Virus record (IMG/VR): IMGVR_UViG_3300028048_002144
Length of the DNA: 64,000 nt
Reading direction: 5' to 3' (one strand)
From: a virus
Lineage: Duplodnaviria; Caudoviricetes
Shown: positions 32,480-43,473 of the stretch, piece by piece
How positions within the stretch are numbered: the stretch's first letter is position 1
Layout of the letters: each line of letters begins with the position of its first letter
Translations under genes and position numbers: made by a program
Notes under the pieces: generated by a model
Seen by the model: only the letters and a program-made list of their open reading frames with translations
Databases searched by the model: none
Told to the model about the DNA's origin: nothing

Positions 32480-32794
32480 AAATACTTTCTTTCTAAGAAA
32501 CTTATTGCCTTATTACTGCTTTATTACTGCTTTACAAAGACCTCAATCTTCATTGGAAGAAGTAACAAGAAACCATTCTCGAACTGAATAGCTCTTTTCT
32601 TTAGTCCTTCGAGTGTTTCTACTCCAGTTACACCAGTCAAAACGAAAGTAAAGGTATCATCATCAACCTTAATAATCTCGTTGATATTGTTTCTCAAAAC
32701 ATCCAAGAAGTAAGCTTTTCCCATCTTATTTACTTTTCTAATTGCAATTGTCATTTTGTTTTCCTCCTTATTTTTGGTTACTTAATAATTAGTC

Positions 32795-33211
32795 CTATAC
32801 GTCATATCCAACTGAATGAAAGATATAATATCTTCCATCTGATCTTTTCTGTGTTCTATAAGTTATTGTGAAAGACTGCCCTGTACAGTCAAACTGACTA
32901 GGTGCACATTCTAATCGCATATTCTCTTCAAAGAAGTCCTGTGCCGATTTCTTGCTTTTGATTAATTCTGGTAATCGAGTTAGCAATAAATAGCCATCTA
33001 TATCACTAGCAATCATCTTGCTTACAACAGGAATCTTATTGTATGCACGGATATCTTTCTTTCTCTCATTAATACAATCTCGAAGAGCCTTTTCTTTTAC
33101 CTGGATCTCTTTTAAATCCTTATCTTTTCTCCACTGAGAACTATCTAAAAGCTCTTCATAGAACAAGATGCTTGAATATGCATTCCTAAGATCTCTTCTA
33201 TTTCTTATCAT
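32795..33211 (-). CDS. Hypothetical protein
   Basis: ORF with AGGAG RBS. Confidence 0.65.
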   Translation of the reverse strand: MIRNRRDLRNAYSSILFYEELLDSSQWRKDKDLKEIQVKEKALRDCINERKKDIRAYNKIPVVSKMIASDIDGYLLLTRLPELIKSKKSAQDFFEENMRLECAPSQFDCTGQSFTITYRTQKRSDGRYYIFHSVGYDV

Positions 33212-33698
33212 AGTTATCTCCTATTCTTTATATGCTGGCTCAACATTTGACTTTTCAGATTCATCATGTCTCATCTCAGCCTTACGCCATACAACGCAAT
33301 GTCTACTACAGATTTCATTACAATTACTGCAAAAATCCTTTTCTTCTTTTTCTGTTATATACTCACCAACTCGCTTCATAGCTTATCTCCTCATTCTTTG
33401 TACACAGGCTCAATGCTTAACTTCTCACCCTTAATAGGAAAAATATCGTTTTCCTGCATACTTTTTACCATTTTTTCAGCTGATTCTTTATTTTTAGCTG
33501 CTCTGACTTCTACTACATTCCCGTTATTTGTTCTAACAACTTTGTATCCCAGTAATTCACTTACATTTGGAATTTTAGAAAATTGCTGCACGTTCATATG
33601 TATACTTCCACCTTTCTATCTTTAAAATTCTGTTTAGAATATGAAAGATTTTTAGGAAGAAAAACCCTGGAATTTAATCCAGGGCTTTACTCTTAATA

Positions 33699-35156
33699 TC
33701 AATTCTTTGTATCATCACATGCGAGTGCCGGTAATGAGATATCAGGTAGCCAATTTTCTTTCGACTTTCTTCTCAGTTCTTCTGGAACTGTTGAAGTATA
33801 GAATGCTGAGGTTTCAGCGATAGCAGCATCGATGAACCAAAAGACATCACCGTTCTGCATGATGTCAATAGACCACTGGCCATGCATGTCATCACAGTCT
33901 TTAATGAATTCAGTAACGTGTACTGTAACAGTGTCTTTATTAGCTTCATAACGGTCTACAAGACGTTCTTTGTTGAGACTGTAAGTAATATAGTCGTGCT
34001 TAGCATCAATATCGTTAGGTTTTGATTCTGCACGTTCTTTGAAGTGATTTAACATTACATCCGGATCCCAATAGTTATGTACACCGAGAACCTCTTTTGT
34101 ATCAAAATCCACGAATACTCTGTATTCGGTGTGAAGTGGCATACCATGATAGATAGTTTGATTACCTTCTACATCATCGATAAACTCACGGACAACCCAT
34201 TCAACTGTTGTTCCTGCTCCATAGATGCAAGGACTACATAATGGAGAAGCCATTTGAATATCTCTCTGATGAAGATACAACAGATATTCGCCAAGTTCTT
34301 TAACTTCTTTTTCACCCTGAATAAGGGCGTTTCTGAAGTCTTGTTTATTGGAACGGATTCCTGTTTTTACGAAATATTTCTTTGTATCATCAAGTCCAAA
34401 TACTTCATGGCAGTAGTTATCTACGATATCAAGCGTAGTTCTTGTAATCATAGGATATTCAACCTGTCTCGTAAGCTGAAGCATTGTGATTGGAACCTTT
34501 ATGATTTTTGTGTTTGGAATTTTGAAAAATCCATACTTGTCAACAGCCTTAGTCATTCTTGGAAGCCAATTACCCATAGATGAAGGATTGTTATCAATCA
34601 TAGAATATGTCAATTCATCAAGGTCAAGAATATCAAGTCCTTGTCTGAACATGTGATAACACGTTTTCTGCTTTTTAATATCAGTCTGTGTAAGGGCTTC
34701 GTTGAGAAAATAAAGCAATTCCTTGCCTGTATCAGGTATATCTCTCTGAGCATACAAACCTGTACACTGAGGCTGAATACTTTTTGGCAATGCTTTTATA
34801 TCTTCTGGCTTAACATGCTCAGAATCTGCAATACGATATGTAAAATCGATGAGTTTCTGAGAAGTTGTCTCTCTTTCGTATGAATATACGACTGTCTGAG
34901 AAATAAATTCATTGACGATTTTACGAGCAATTTCCTTTGTTGCTTCATCAGATACAATATCGTTTTCTCTGAGTTCTGAAGCCTGTTTTGCATTTACTTC
35001 AAAGTAATTGTCTGATATACCTTTTTTAAAATCAGCTGCATGATAAGCGTTTTCAAACTCAACAATCGCTTCAGGATTGGTATTCAACATATTAGCAATC
35101 TCATCAAGAGATAATGCAGATTTCTTTGGCTTTATTAAGTTTTTTAAAAAATCCAT
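33699..35156 (-). CDS. Probable ATP-grasp-like protein
   Basis: YFVKTG, WVVREFI, EYRVFVD, WSIDIM..WFIDA. Confidence 0.5.
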   Translation of the reverse strand: MDFLKNLIKPKKSALSLDEIANMLNTNPEAIVEFENAYHAADFKKGISDNYFEVNAKQASELRENDIVSDEATKEIARKIVNEFISQTVVYSYERETTSQKLIDFTYRIADSEHVKPEDIKALPKSIQPQCTGLYAQRDIPDTGKELLYFLNEALTQTDIKKQKTCYHMFRQGLDILDLDELTYSMIDNNPSSMGNWLPRMTKAVDKYGFFKIPNTKIIKVPITMLQLTRQVEYPMITRTTLDIVDNYCHEVFGLDDTKKYFVKTGIRSNKQDFRNALIQGEKEVKELGEYLLYLHQRDIQMASPLCSPCIYGAGTTVEWVVREFIDDVEGNQTIYHGMPLHTEYRVFVDFDTKEVLGVHNYWDPDVMLNHFKERAESKPNDIDAKHDYITYSLNKERLVDRYEANKDTVTVHVTEFIKDCDDMHGQWSIDIMQNGDVFWFIDAAIAETSAFYTSTVPEELRRKSKENWLPDISLPALACDDTKN

Positions 35157-35185
35157 TTTATTTTCTTCCTTTGTTTTAAAGAGCT

Positions 35186-35536
35186 TTACATCAATTCTTC
35201 GAGATCAAATCCTTCGTGGCAATAACCATAAGTATCTGATAGCCAATCAGAAACCAACTCTTCGAAATCTTCATCGTTATTATCAAAATCCTCTGGGATT
35301 TCTACTTCTGTTGGGATTCCCAAGAAATCGGCAGCAGTTATTACATTATGATGAATCTGGCTTAAAGCAAAATCATCTCTTTCTTCATCAGACATAGCTT
35401 TAAAAGCCTTTTCTTCTTTTTCAGTGCATTTAAGCGCCTTTGCTGCTTCATCTACAGACATGGTATCAAGCTTTTCTAAAATCTCATCCTTGTCAATATC
35501 CCATAAAATATTAGTTGTTTTATATCTTTTAGCCAT
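35186..35536 (-). CDS. Acidic hypothetical protein
   Basis: Promoter motif at 35573 and RBS. Confidence 0.65.
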   Translation of the reverse strand: MAKRYKTTNILWDIDKDEILEKLDTMSVDEAAKALKCTEKEEKAFKAMSDEERDDFALSQIHHNVITAADFLGIPTEVEIPEDFDNNDEDFEELVSDWLSDTYGYCHEGFDLEELM

Positions 35537-35772
35537 ATTTTTCTCCTTTCATACTTAAAAAAATCTATTTTAAATATGAATGATTTTTTACAACAAAAAA
35601 GCTAGAGATTAACTCTCTAGCTTTTATTTCTTGATTATTCAATTGTTCTTGCAAACGTTACAGCTTCTTCTTTTGTATCAAAGTAATATTTGCTTCCTAC
35701 TTCATCATCGCAAACCCATTTACCGTTCTTTAGGTAAATAAGCCATCCGTTTTCTATAATGCTATCCATTAT

Positions 35773-36141
35773 TTACACTCCCATATCATCCAATGCTTTT
35801 CTCAAAAAAGCGTCTATTACATTTTGCTTGTCTACACTCTCATAATTCTTGTAGAGGCATTGAATTCTTTCCCAAACTTCGTCTGTGAGATGAAAACTAC
35901 GCTTTTTTGTGTTTAGTTTAGAAAAATTAATATCAAGGCCTGTTTCTTTCCCTTTCTTTTTAATCATATCTTTTTCTTTTAACAGGGTGAAAGCTGATAC
36001 TCTACTAAATCCATAAGGACAATCTTCTGTTTCCCAATCTTTCATTGTTGTTCCATAGAAATAATAATATAAATCTTTATAATCATTATCATTTGCTTTT
36101 ACTCTGAATTCCTGTGGTTTTGTAAATAGTTTATCCATCAT
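35773..36141 (-). CDS. Putative ribbon-helix-helix DNA-binding protein
   Basis: KKRSFHLTDEVWERI...IDAFLRKAL. Confidence 0.5.
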   Translation of the reverse strand: MMDKLFTKPQEFRVKANDNDYKDLYYYFYGTTMKDWETEDCPYGFSRVSAFTLLKEKDMIKKKGKETGLDINFSKLNTKKRSFHLTDEVWERIQCLYKNYESVDKQNVIDAFLRKALDDMGV

Positions 36142-36468
36142 TTTTCTCCTTTTTTTGTTACTTCAATAAATACAGCAATATAGATGCGAGAATTACGATT
36201 ATAAAACTGCCGATACACGTTGTTATCGCACGTTCCATTTTGTTATTATCATATGTGTTTTTCGCAACTATTGCAGGTACAATACCCCCGATAATACCGA
36301 TACTGCTAAATACCAGTATTGCAAATGTTGCCATTAGTCTTTTAAACTCAATATCCATCATTATTCTCCCTTTTCTTCAGCTATATGACCATCCATATTA
36401 TTTTTCTTTGGCTTATAATTTTCGATATCAATATTTGTTTCTTCCTGCATACTACTCTTTCCTTTCGA

Positions 36469-36867
36469 TTATTTATATTGTTCAGGGGATAGATATGCAA
36501 CGTCATCAAAAACATCATCAAATGTAGCTGTAAAGCCTGTAAAGAAATTTTCAAATTCCTGATCATAAGATTTTGTTTCTTCATCAAAACATGAAATATC
36601 CTTCTCTACACGATTCTCTTCGCTAATACTGATATATACATGTTTTCTCTTCAAAACAGCTGCTCTTAAAAGTATAAGAGACATAGGATCTTCGATTTCC
36701 ATTTCTACCAGGATATAAGTCTCATCTGGTGTTTCATATTCCTTACATCCAGTTGAACCTAATTCCGGCAAAGAAGTCTTAAAATCCTTCTCTTCCTCTA
36801 ACAGCTTTTTGATTTCTTCATAATCACTCTTTGTTAATACAATACTAAGCTTTTCTAAATAACTCAT
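36469..36867 (-). CDS. Hypothetical protein
   Basis: Promoter motif at 36900 and RBS. Confidence 0.6.
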   Translation of the reverse strand: MSYLEKLSIVLTKSDYEEIKKLLEEEKDFKTSLPELGSTGCKEYETPDETYILVEMEIEDPMSLILLRAAVLKRKHVYISISEENRVEKDISCFDEETKSYDQEFENFFTGFTATFDDVFDDVAYLSPEQYK

Positions 36868-36962
36868 ATTATCGTCCTTTCTTTCATCGTTTTTCTATTA
36901 ATATGAAAGATTTTTAGCAAACAAAAAGCACTCAACAAAGAGTGCCTTTTGATATTATTATT

Positions 36963-37394
36963 CTATTCTGTTAGATAGTCAGAAAGATTTGTAAAGTATT
37001 CTTTTATACTTTCCTCTGTAATTATCTTATTACTTTTAATACGTGCTTCTTGCCACGGTGTTTGTTGGCTTATTAACTCTAGTAAACGAGTAGTTGAGAA
37101 TTTATCGCATAAGTCAATTACTTCGTCTACCATCTTTCTGTCTTCTTCTTTAACATAAAACCAATCTGATTCGAATGGAATAATATTTCCGTTGCCAAAA
37201 GGTTTATATTTATAATAGATGTTAGGTATTACTGGGCCAACATCCCAGGCTTCTATTTCCGCATTAAAGCACGGGACACCCTTTTCACATAAGAACTGGG
37301 CTTGAATATAGTAAAGAATACATTGCAATTTCAGATTATTAACAGGAGTTTTTCTGATAATATGTCTTGCTATTAAACAAACGTTATATTCCAT
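36963..37394 (-). CDS. Panacea/SocA-like (DUF4065) antitoxin
   Basis: LKLQCILYY.Q, IEAW.VGPV, PW. Confidence 0.85.
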   Translation of the reverse strand: MEYNVCLIARHIIRKTPVNNLKLQCILYYIQAQFLCEKGVPCFNAEIEAWDVGPVIPNIYYKYKPFGNGNIIPFESDWFYVKEEDRKMVDEVIDLCDKFSTTRLLELISQQTPWQEARIKSNKIITEESIKEYFTNLSDYLTE

Positions 37395-37862
37395 AGTAGA
37401 CTCCTCTAAATGCTGATAATTCTAGTATGGTCATGCAAGCATTCTTCGCAGACCTCTTTACCTTCATAATCAAACAGTTCTTCTACATCTTTTCCACATT
37501 CATCACAATATAAATGTAGTACATGTCGTCTCGGGCAACTATCACCTAAACAAGGATATCCTGGGGATTCACAACTACAACATTCGTTTTCATATGTCTG
37601 CATTATACTCACTCACTTTCTTTCTTCGCTTTTTCATATGCAGTAATAAACTGCTCGCATACATCTGAATCGTAACGATCAAATTCTTCGTACCAGCCTT
37701 CTTTTAAGACACTTATTATTGCTGCTCTATCTCTATCGTTGCTGATCTGGTTTACTACCTTTTCTTTTAATTCTGGATTGCTATTGCATTCCTTAATCAT
37801 GTCCTGGATATCATCATTTGTATAAAACATTCTTTTTCTCCTTATTACTCAATTTTTCCTTA

Positions 37863-38483
37863 TTACTCAAAGCTCTTGTATATCTTCTCGAAATCTACTT
37901 CATGCAGAATTTTAAGTAGTTTATCCATCTCTGGATTTCTCCAAGCGTGATGTCCGTATATATGACAATCATTGCTATAATGGTAATCATTACTCTTCAA
38001 GAAGTTCTGTGCATCTTCTGATGATAAGAAACAATTAGATTCTTCTTCAACTCTCTTATACTGAAGATGAATAAATCTACCATCTTCACCAGTTGCATCA
38101 TTTAAGTTTTCTGCTAACTCTTCTGTATCAAAAGAATTAACCAAAAGTTCCCACTGTTCTTTAACGAAATCATCTTCATAAAATTCGTTATCATTTAGGA
38201 TTTTTGTCACTATCTCTTTAGTGAAATCATCATAATCTTCACTGTCACATACTTCTTCTGTGCTCACAGTGTCATAAACAGTAAATCCATCTGGATCATC
38301 AAGCTTTTCTCCATAGATTTTCTTTGTATCCAGAATTGTCCAATACAAAGGATCTGCTGTACTCGCATTGTCCTGTGTATTAATATCTTTCTGCAGATTC
38401 ATAAGGAATTCTACTTCTTCCTTTGTTATGTTTCTCTTTTCATAGGTATCTTCTCTTCTTTTTAAATTAAAAAATTTAGCCAT
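37863..38483 (-). CDS. Hypothetical phage-type protein
   Basis: TQDN.STADP..W, WRNPEM; promoter motif and RBS. Confidence 0.7.
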   Translation of the reverse strand: MAKFFNLKRREDTYEKRNITKEEVEFLMNLQKDINTQDNASTADPLYWTILDTKKIYGEKLDDPDGFTVYDTVSTEEVCDSEDYDDFTKEIVTKILNDNEFYEDDFVKEQWELLVNSFDTEELAENLNDATGEDGRFIHLQYKRVEEESNCFLSSEDAQNFLKSNDYHYSNDCHIYGHHAWRNPEMDKLLKILHEVDFEKIYKSFE

Positions 38484-39575
38484 TAATTTTCTCCTTTCTG
38501 ATTTTCAAAATTCTATTTGTAATATGAATGATTTTTGGATAAAAAATAAGCACTGGTTAACCCAGTGCTTATTACTTAATTTAGATATAATACGTGTATC
38601 TGCATTTATTCTTCCACCTCTTTAATTATTTCAAATATTTCTTCCTCTGATAGATCTTCATAATCCCCGACTTGAAAAGAACATTGATAGTTGGTTAAGT
38701 GGGGACAATATTTATATTTTTTGTAATCCATTATTTACCTCGTCACAAAGCATTTTTATTTTTTAATAACTGGTGTTCGAAAGTATCTGGTGAATGTTAT
38801 CTATCTTCCCAAATATCTACAATATCTTTGTAATTGCATCCCATAGCATTACAACAAAATTTCTTCGCTTGACGTTTATTTTCAGCGATAGTTCTAAAAT
38901 GATAGATACTACCGTAAATTTCGTAAGACACAACATATTTTCTACCCATTATATACCTCTAACTTTGCTTCAAGCGGAATTACTTCAATATCGTCTGTGA
39001 AATAAACAAGTCCATAATTCTCTAAATCAACTGCATTGCAAGATATTTCATATTCATTTATTACTTTGTTTAATTTCATATAAATGTGGTTAAGGTGCTC
39101 ACTAGATGTTTTGAAAACCTCTCCGCTTTTGAGATTTTTAAACTGTTTAGCTGCTTTATTATTAGATTCAAATACTTTTAATGTATCCATTATTTTCTCC
39201 TTTCATTCTTTAATTTTGTTTTAAATATGAATGATTTTTTTATATAAAAAACGCCCCAGTTAATCCTGGAGCGTTTCTATTATTTTAGATCAAAAGTAAT
39301 ATCATCAGCAATTGCCAGCCAAATACCAGCTATTACATGCTCGACTATTATGATAGGGAAAAACACAATTGCAGGATAGTCGTGGTTAAACATCAGTATT
39401 GTAAGAAACATATCAAGCATTATTGTTAACTGAATAATGAAATTACTATCTAAAAAAAATACTTTTCTTCATATGGCTCTCTTCTCTTTCTGCCTTTCGC
39501 AGAAAACAAAAAGCCAGGAGTTATATTCACTCCTGACTTTCATAAATACTATTCATTCCTTATATGACAGATTTT

Positions 39576-40259
39576 TTATTTCGTGAATTCTAATTCTGTC
39601 AGTACATCATCATAACTGATATCGAAGCTTTTGCACTTTCTGAAAGACCAGCTTAGATCATTAATCTTTGTAGCAGTGCACATAAGAAGCATATCATCTC
39701 TTTTTAGTGATACTTCTTCTTTTCCCCATTTATCCATCAGCACTCTAGTATCAAATCCTCTATTAGTACCAACAGCATATCCGTTTGGAGTCTTTGTGAT
39801 AGTGAGTTTCAGATCCTTGTCTATCATATAGATATCTTTACAAAACTCTGTAAGAAGTTCTTCGCTATTGATATCAAAATCAAAGAACCATTTCTTCTCT
39901 TTTGCACATTCCTTCGTTGCTGCGATTGCTGCAATCTTTGAATCAATACTGCAAAGATTGAAATCATCATTATTAATTAGATGCTTAACGAGTTCTTTCT
40001 TAACCTTTGCCATATCTCTTGTATTATTAGACATATATAGTCTACATCGTTCCAGGTCTACACCTTTAAGGCAAAAGTCTTTAAAGGTATCTTTTAACTC
40101 TTCAAAAGATCGTGTAGTAAGAAATGCTTTTCTTCTGTCTTTGAATCCTTCTATGTTTCTATTATCTTTATTTCGAGAAACCATAAGCACTACTCTAGCT
40201 TCTTTATCGCCTAGATTAGTTGTTTCTCCCCACTTACTAAAGTTTCCTGCCATAATCAT
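39576..40259 (-). CDS. Phage-type hypothetical protein
   Basis: SRNKDN, WFFDFD, TPNGY. Confidence 0.6.
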   Translation of the reverse strand: MIMAGNFSKWGETTNLGDKEARVVLMVSRNKDNRNIEGFKDRRKAFLTTRSFEELKDTFKDFCLKGVDLERCRLYMSNNTRDMAKVKKELVKHLINNDDFNLCSIDSKIAAIAATKECAKEKKWFFDFDINSEELLTEFCKDIYMIDKDLKLTITKTPNGYAVGTNRGFDTRVLMDKWGKEEVSLKRDDMLLMCTATKINDLSWSFRKCKSFDISYDDVLTELEFTK

Positions 40260-40996
40260 TATTCCTCATCTTCTTTATTCATATTGTTGCGAGAAAAATT
40301 CTCAAGAATTACATCAGCTAAATATTTACCTGGGTTTAACCAGATTTCATATTTAGGATTTCCAACTCTCATATTTTCTTCGCTGGTCCAGTTATCCCAG
40401 TTCTTATCTAGCACGTTTAGGAATTTACTCATATCTTCTATATGATCATTATTTCTATTCTTATATCTATTAAAGTATTCCTCCTTACACTCTGTACGAG
40501 GAATTACTTTAGCGATAGTAACGTTGTGCTCATTCAGAAGATTAAGAACTTTCTCGTGCTGACTAACAAATATAAAATCATACTTGTTACTCTGGATATT
40601 TTTGAGAATATACTTTACGTATTCTTCTTCCCAGCCATCACCCTTAAATTTAGATGAATCAGAATCATGGATACTAAATCCATATTCTCCCTGGTGATTG
40701 AAAAGATATGTTTTCCCACATCCAGGGAATGCAGAAATTACAATAGTTGGGTTAATTTCTCTCTCTTCTTTAATAGCTTCTTCAAATGCCGCAACAAACT
40801 GTCTACGAACATCTGGATCATAGCGTTCAAATGTCTCATAATCTCTACTTGAAATTACATCCTGGATAGCTTTCCAAGCTGAGCAATCATTGATTTTATC
40901 TAATACTTTTTTACCAAAACTCATATTATCATGACTTTTTTCAAGCATTCTCTGTACATCATAATTTGAATATATTGCATTTTTTGTAAATAACAT
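40259..40996 (-). CDS. P-loop kinase-like protein with extra N-terminal domain
   Basis: ISAFPGCGKT, DSDSS; N-terminal 75 aa resemble ORF 37609-37830. Confidence 0.75.
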   Translation of the reverse strand: MLFTKNAIYSNYDVQRMLEKSHDNMSFGKKVLDKINDCSAWKAIQDVISSRDYETFERYDPDVRRQFVAAFEEAIKEEREINPTIVISAFPGCGKTYLFNHQGEYGFSIHDSDSSKFKGDGWEEEYVKYILKNIQSNKYDFIFVSQHEKVLNLLNEHNVTIAKVIPRTECKEEYFNRYKNRNNDHIEDMSKFLNVLDKNWDNWTSEENMRVGNPKYEIWLNPGKYLADVILENFSRNNMNKEDEE

Positions 40997-41293
40997 TGTT
41001 TTTTCTCCTGTTTTTCATTAGTCCTACTTATTTATCTATTTCTACTTATTTGTCTACTCGTTCCAAATCTTTCTCATCAAAAAGAAGAAGTCCTGGTCTA
41101 AATCCTTCTGTGTGATGTTCCTTCCAAGGGTTATTCTGATCCAGTTTAACAGTTACTCTTCCTATATTGTCAGTTTTAACAATTTCTCCGACAAAGCCCT
41201 TTGTAATATAGATATCGTTTGTGATTTCTACTTTTTCGCCTGTTTTGAATTTATTATTTCTCATTGTTTTAGTTCCTTTTCTAGTTCTTATTA

Positions 41294-41932
41294 TTAGTTG
41301 AGTGCATTCTTCATCTTTACAATAGTTTCATCGTATTTATTTCTTACTTTTTCTAAAATCTCTTCTACTTCAATCGGGTGATTGTCGTTAGAATCAACGC
41401 CTACATGGAACCATAGAGGGTTGATTGCTCCATTCTTGTTCATGAAATCCTCTTTCTGATGCGTATGCCCAAAAAGAGAAATTACTTCTGAACCTAGATT
41501 ATCCTTATACGGATATGGATCTACATTTGTAGGAATAGCGTACGTTTTCACTACTGGATAATGTGAGATAATGAATTTTTGCTTGTTAATAGTAATTGTA
41601 TGTGCAACATCTGGGAAAACATTAAATCCAAGTTGCTTATAGATTTTTACCTTAGTGTTAGTATCGTGATTTCCTAGAGTTACACATACATTTTTGCACT
41701 TAATTTCTTTTAATAAGCTATATACATAGTTATAAGCTTTCTTATCTCTATCTATATGCATATCTCCCATACAAATGTCTCCTAAGATGTATAGATAATC
41801 ATCTTCAGCGACCATATTGTTTATATTATCTATAATTGCACGGTCATGTTCTTTTATTGAATTAAACCCTCGCTTTTTATAGATAAATTCTTTGTTATGA
41901 TTTAGATGTAAATCACTTGTAAAAAAATTCAT
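41294..41932 (-). CDS. Calcineurin-like metallophosphoesterase (phage type)
   Basis: TSDLH, LGD, GNHD, SHYP, GHTH, HVGVD. Confidence 0.92.
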   Translation of the reverse strand: MNFFTSDLHLNHNKEFIYKKRGFNSIKEHDRAIIDNINNMVAEDDYLYILGDICMGDMHIDRDKKAYNYVYSLLKEIKCKNVCVTLGNHDTNTKVKIYKQLGFNVFPDVAHTITINKQKFIISHYPVVKTYAIPTNVDPYPYKDNLGSEVISLFGHTHQKEDFMNKNGAINPLWFHVGVDSNDNHPIEVEEILEKVRNKYDETIVKMKNALN

Positions 41933-42058
41933 ATAACGCTCCTCTCAGGTCTTTTTTAATTAATCAGATTTAATATGAATGATTTTTATACGAAAAAACC
42001 ACTCAGATTATTCTGAGTGGTTTTACAATTCTTATATGAACTTATAATGTTATGTTTT

Positions 42059-42230
42059 AGATGCAAATCACTCGTAAATTGACGCACCCATTGGCTAAAA
42101 CCAATGGGATTCTTGCTTCACCGTGCGGTTGCACTATTTAGTATCTGCTTTTGTAGTACCTCATAGCGACTTACATACACTCCACAAGCGTGACTTTCCG
42201 AGCGTCCCTCGGTAGTTAATGTTTATAGGA
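42059..42230 (-). ncRNA. TnpB omega/reRNA scaffold plus guide
   Basis: ACGCTTGTGGA, GTAAG and TGAAGCAAGAA shared with the second element; guide starts at 42078. Confidence 0.75.
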
Positions 42231-43418
42231 TTAATCTGCTCCGAAGCCTATTATTTCTAATGCTTTGTCGAGAATATTATCTGCGGCATTGTTATCCCTA
42301 TCGTGATAAGCACCACAAACAGGACAAGTCCATTCTCGAACATTAAGATTCTTAACTTCTTTGTTTTGATAGCCACAATGATTACACAACTGACTTGATG
42401 CATAGAACCTCGGTACTTTGACAACTGTACTACCGTAGATTTTAGCTTTGTATTCAATCATAGTTACAAACTTTGACCAAGAAGCATCAGAGATAGACTT
42501 TGCTAATTTGTGATTACGAACCATTCCTTTTACATTAAGATCTTCGAGTGCTATCAGTTGATTTTCCTGAACAATCCTCGTTGACTCTTTCTGTAAGAAG
42601 TCATTCCTTTGGTTAGTAATATGTTCATGTATCCTTGCCACAACCTTACGTTGTTTCTGTATGTTGGAACATTCGGATAGCGGTCTATCATATATCGGAT
42701 GCCTATAACCTTTAATGATTTTGTAGCCTACGATATGACTTTCTATCATTTTGGAAAGTTTATGTTGCGCTTTAGCGAGTTTCTTCTGTGATTTTGTTAA
42801 GTACTTGTTGTTAGGGCATTTGTAACCGTTGGTATCAGAATAGAAATCTTTGATACCAAGATCAATGCCTACCATGTAACCGTTGTTGGTTACATCAGAT
42901 GTGGGCACATCTACATTCAACACACAGAAGTATTTATCACTTGGCGTTTGCTCTATGGTAGCGTTGTTTATTTTTGCAGAAGATAAGTCCATAGAAACCT
43001 TTGCCTTGACGTAGCCAAGTTTTGGCAACTTAATATGTTTGCCATCTAAAGTTACACAGATATTGTTGTTTACATTCTGTGTGCGGTAGGTTTTAAAGGT
43101 TTCCTTTTTAGACTTAAAGTGAGGGTAGCCTGCTAAATGTTTAAAGAAGTTTTTATATGCTCTATCCAAATCCTTTAGGGCTTGTTGCAAAGATATAGCG
43201 TCTACATTTTTTAGGAAAGCAAAATTATCTTCTTTCTTTAGGTTGGTCAGCATAGCATTGGTTTCTTTGTAACCAATACCAACGGAAGTAGTTTCGTAGG
43301 TTTCTTTACGCAGAGCAAGACCTTTATTGTAAACCAATCTACAACAACCAAAAGTATTCGCTATTAAGTTTTGTTGTGTTTTATTAGGATATATCCTTAT
43401 ACGAACACCTTTTAGCAT
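42231..43418 (-). CDS. tnpB: RNA-guided endonuclease TnpB
   Basis: RIYPN..Q, FGCCR.VYN, RuvC D-E-D intact (GIDLG, LEDL, DRDNNAA), zinc finger. Confidence 0.95.
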   Translation of the reverse strand: MLKGVRIRIYPNKTQQNLIANTFGCCRLVYNKGLALRKETYETTSVGIGYKETNAMLTNLKKEDNFAFLKNVDAISLQQALKDLDRAYKNFFKHLAGYPHFKSKKETFKTYRTQNVNNNICVTLDGKHIKLPKLGYVKAKVSMDLSSAKINNATIEQTPSDKYFCVLNVDVPTSDVTNNGYMVGIDLGIKDFYSDTNGYKCPNNKYLTKSQKKLAKAQHKLSKMIESHIVGYKIIKGYRHPIYDRPLSECSNIQKQRKVVARIHEHITNQRNDFLQKESTRIVQENQLIALEDLNVKGMVRNHKLAKSISDASWSKFVTMIEYKAKIYGSTVVKVPRFYASSQLCNHCGYQNKEVKNLNVREWTCPVCGAYHDRDNNAADNILDKALEIIGFGAD

Positions 43419-43444
43419 ACTTATTACTCCTTGTAATCTATTTC

Positions 43445-43473
43445 TATAATAATGCGAGTTAGTAAGTGTAAAA
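43445..43473 (-). promoter_or_regulatory. Sigma70/SigA-type promoter for tnpB
   Basis: TTTACA-17 nt-TATTAT upstream of AAGGAG RBS. Confidence 0.55.
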
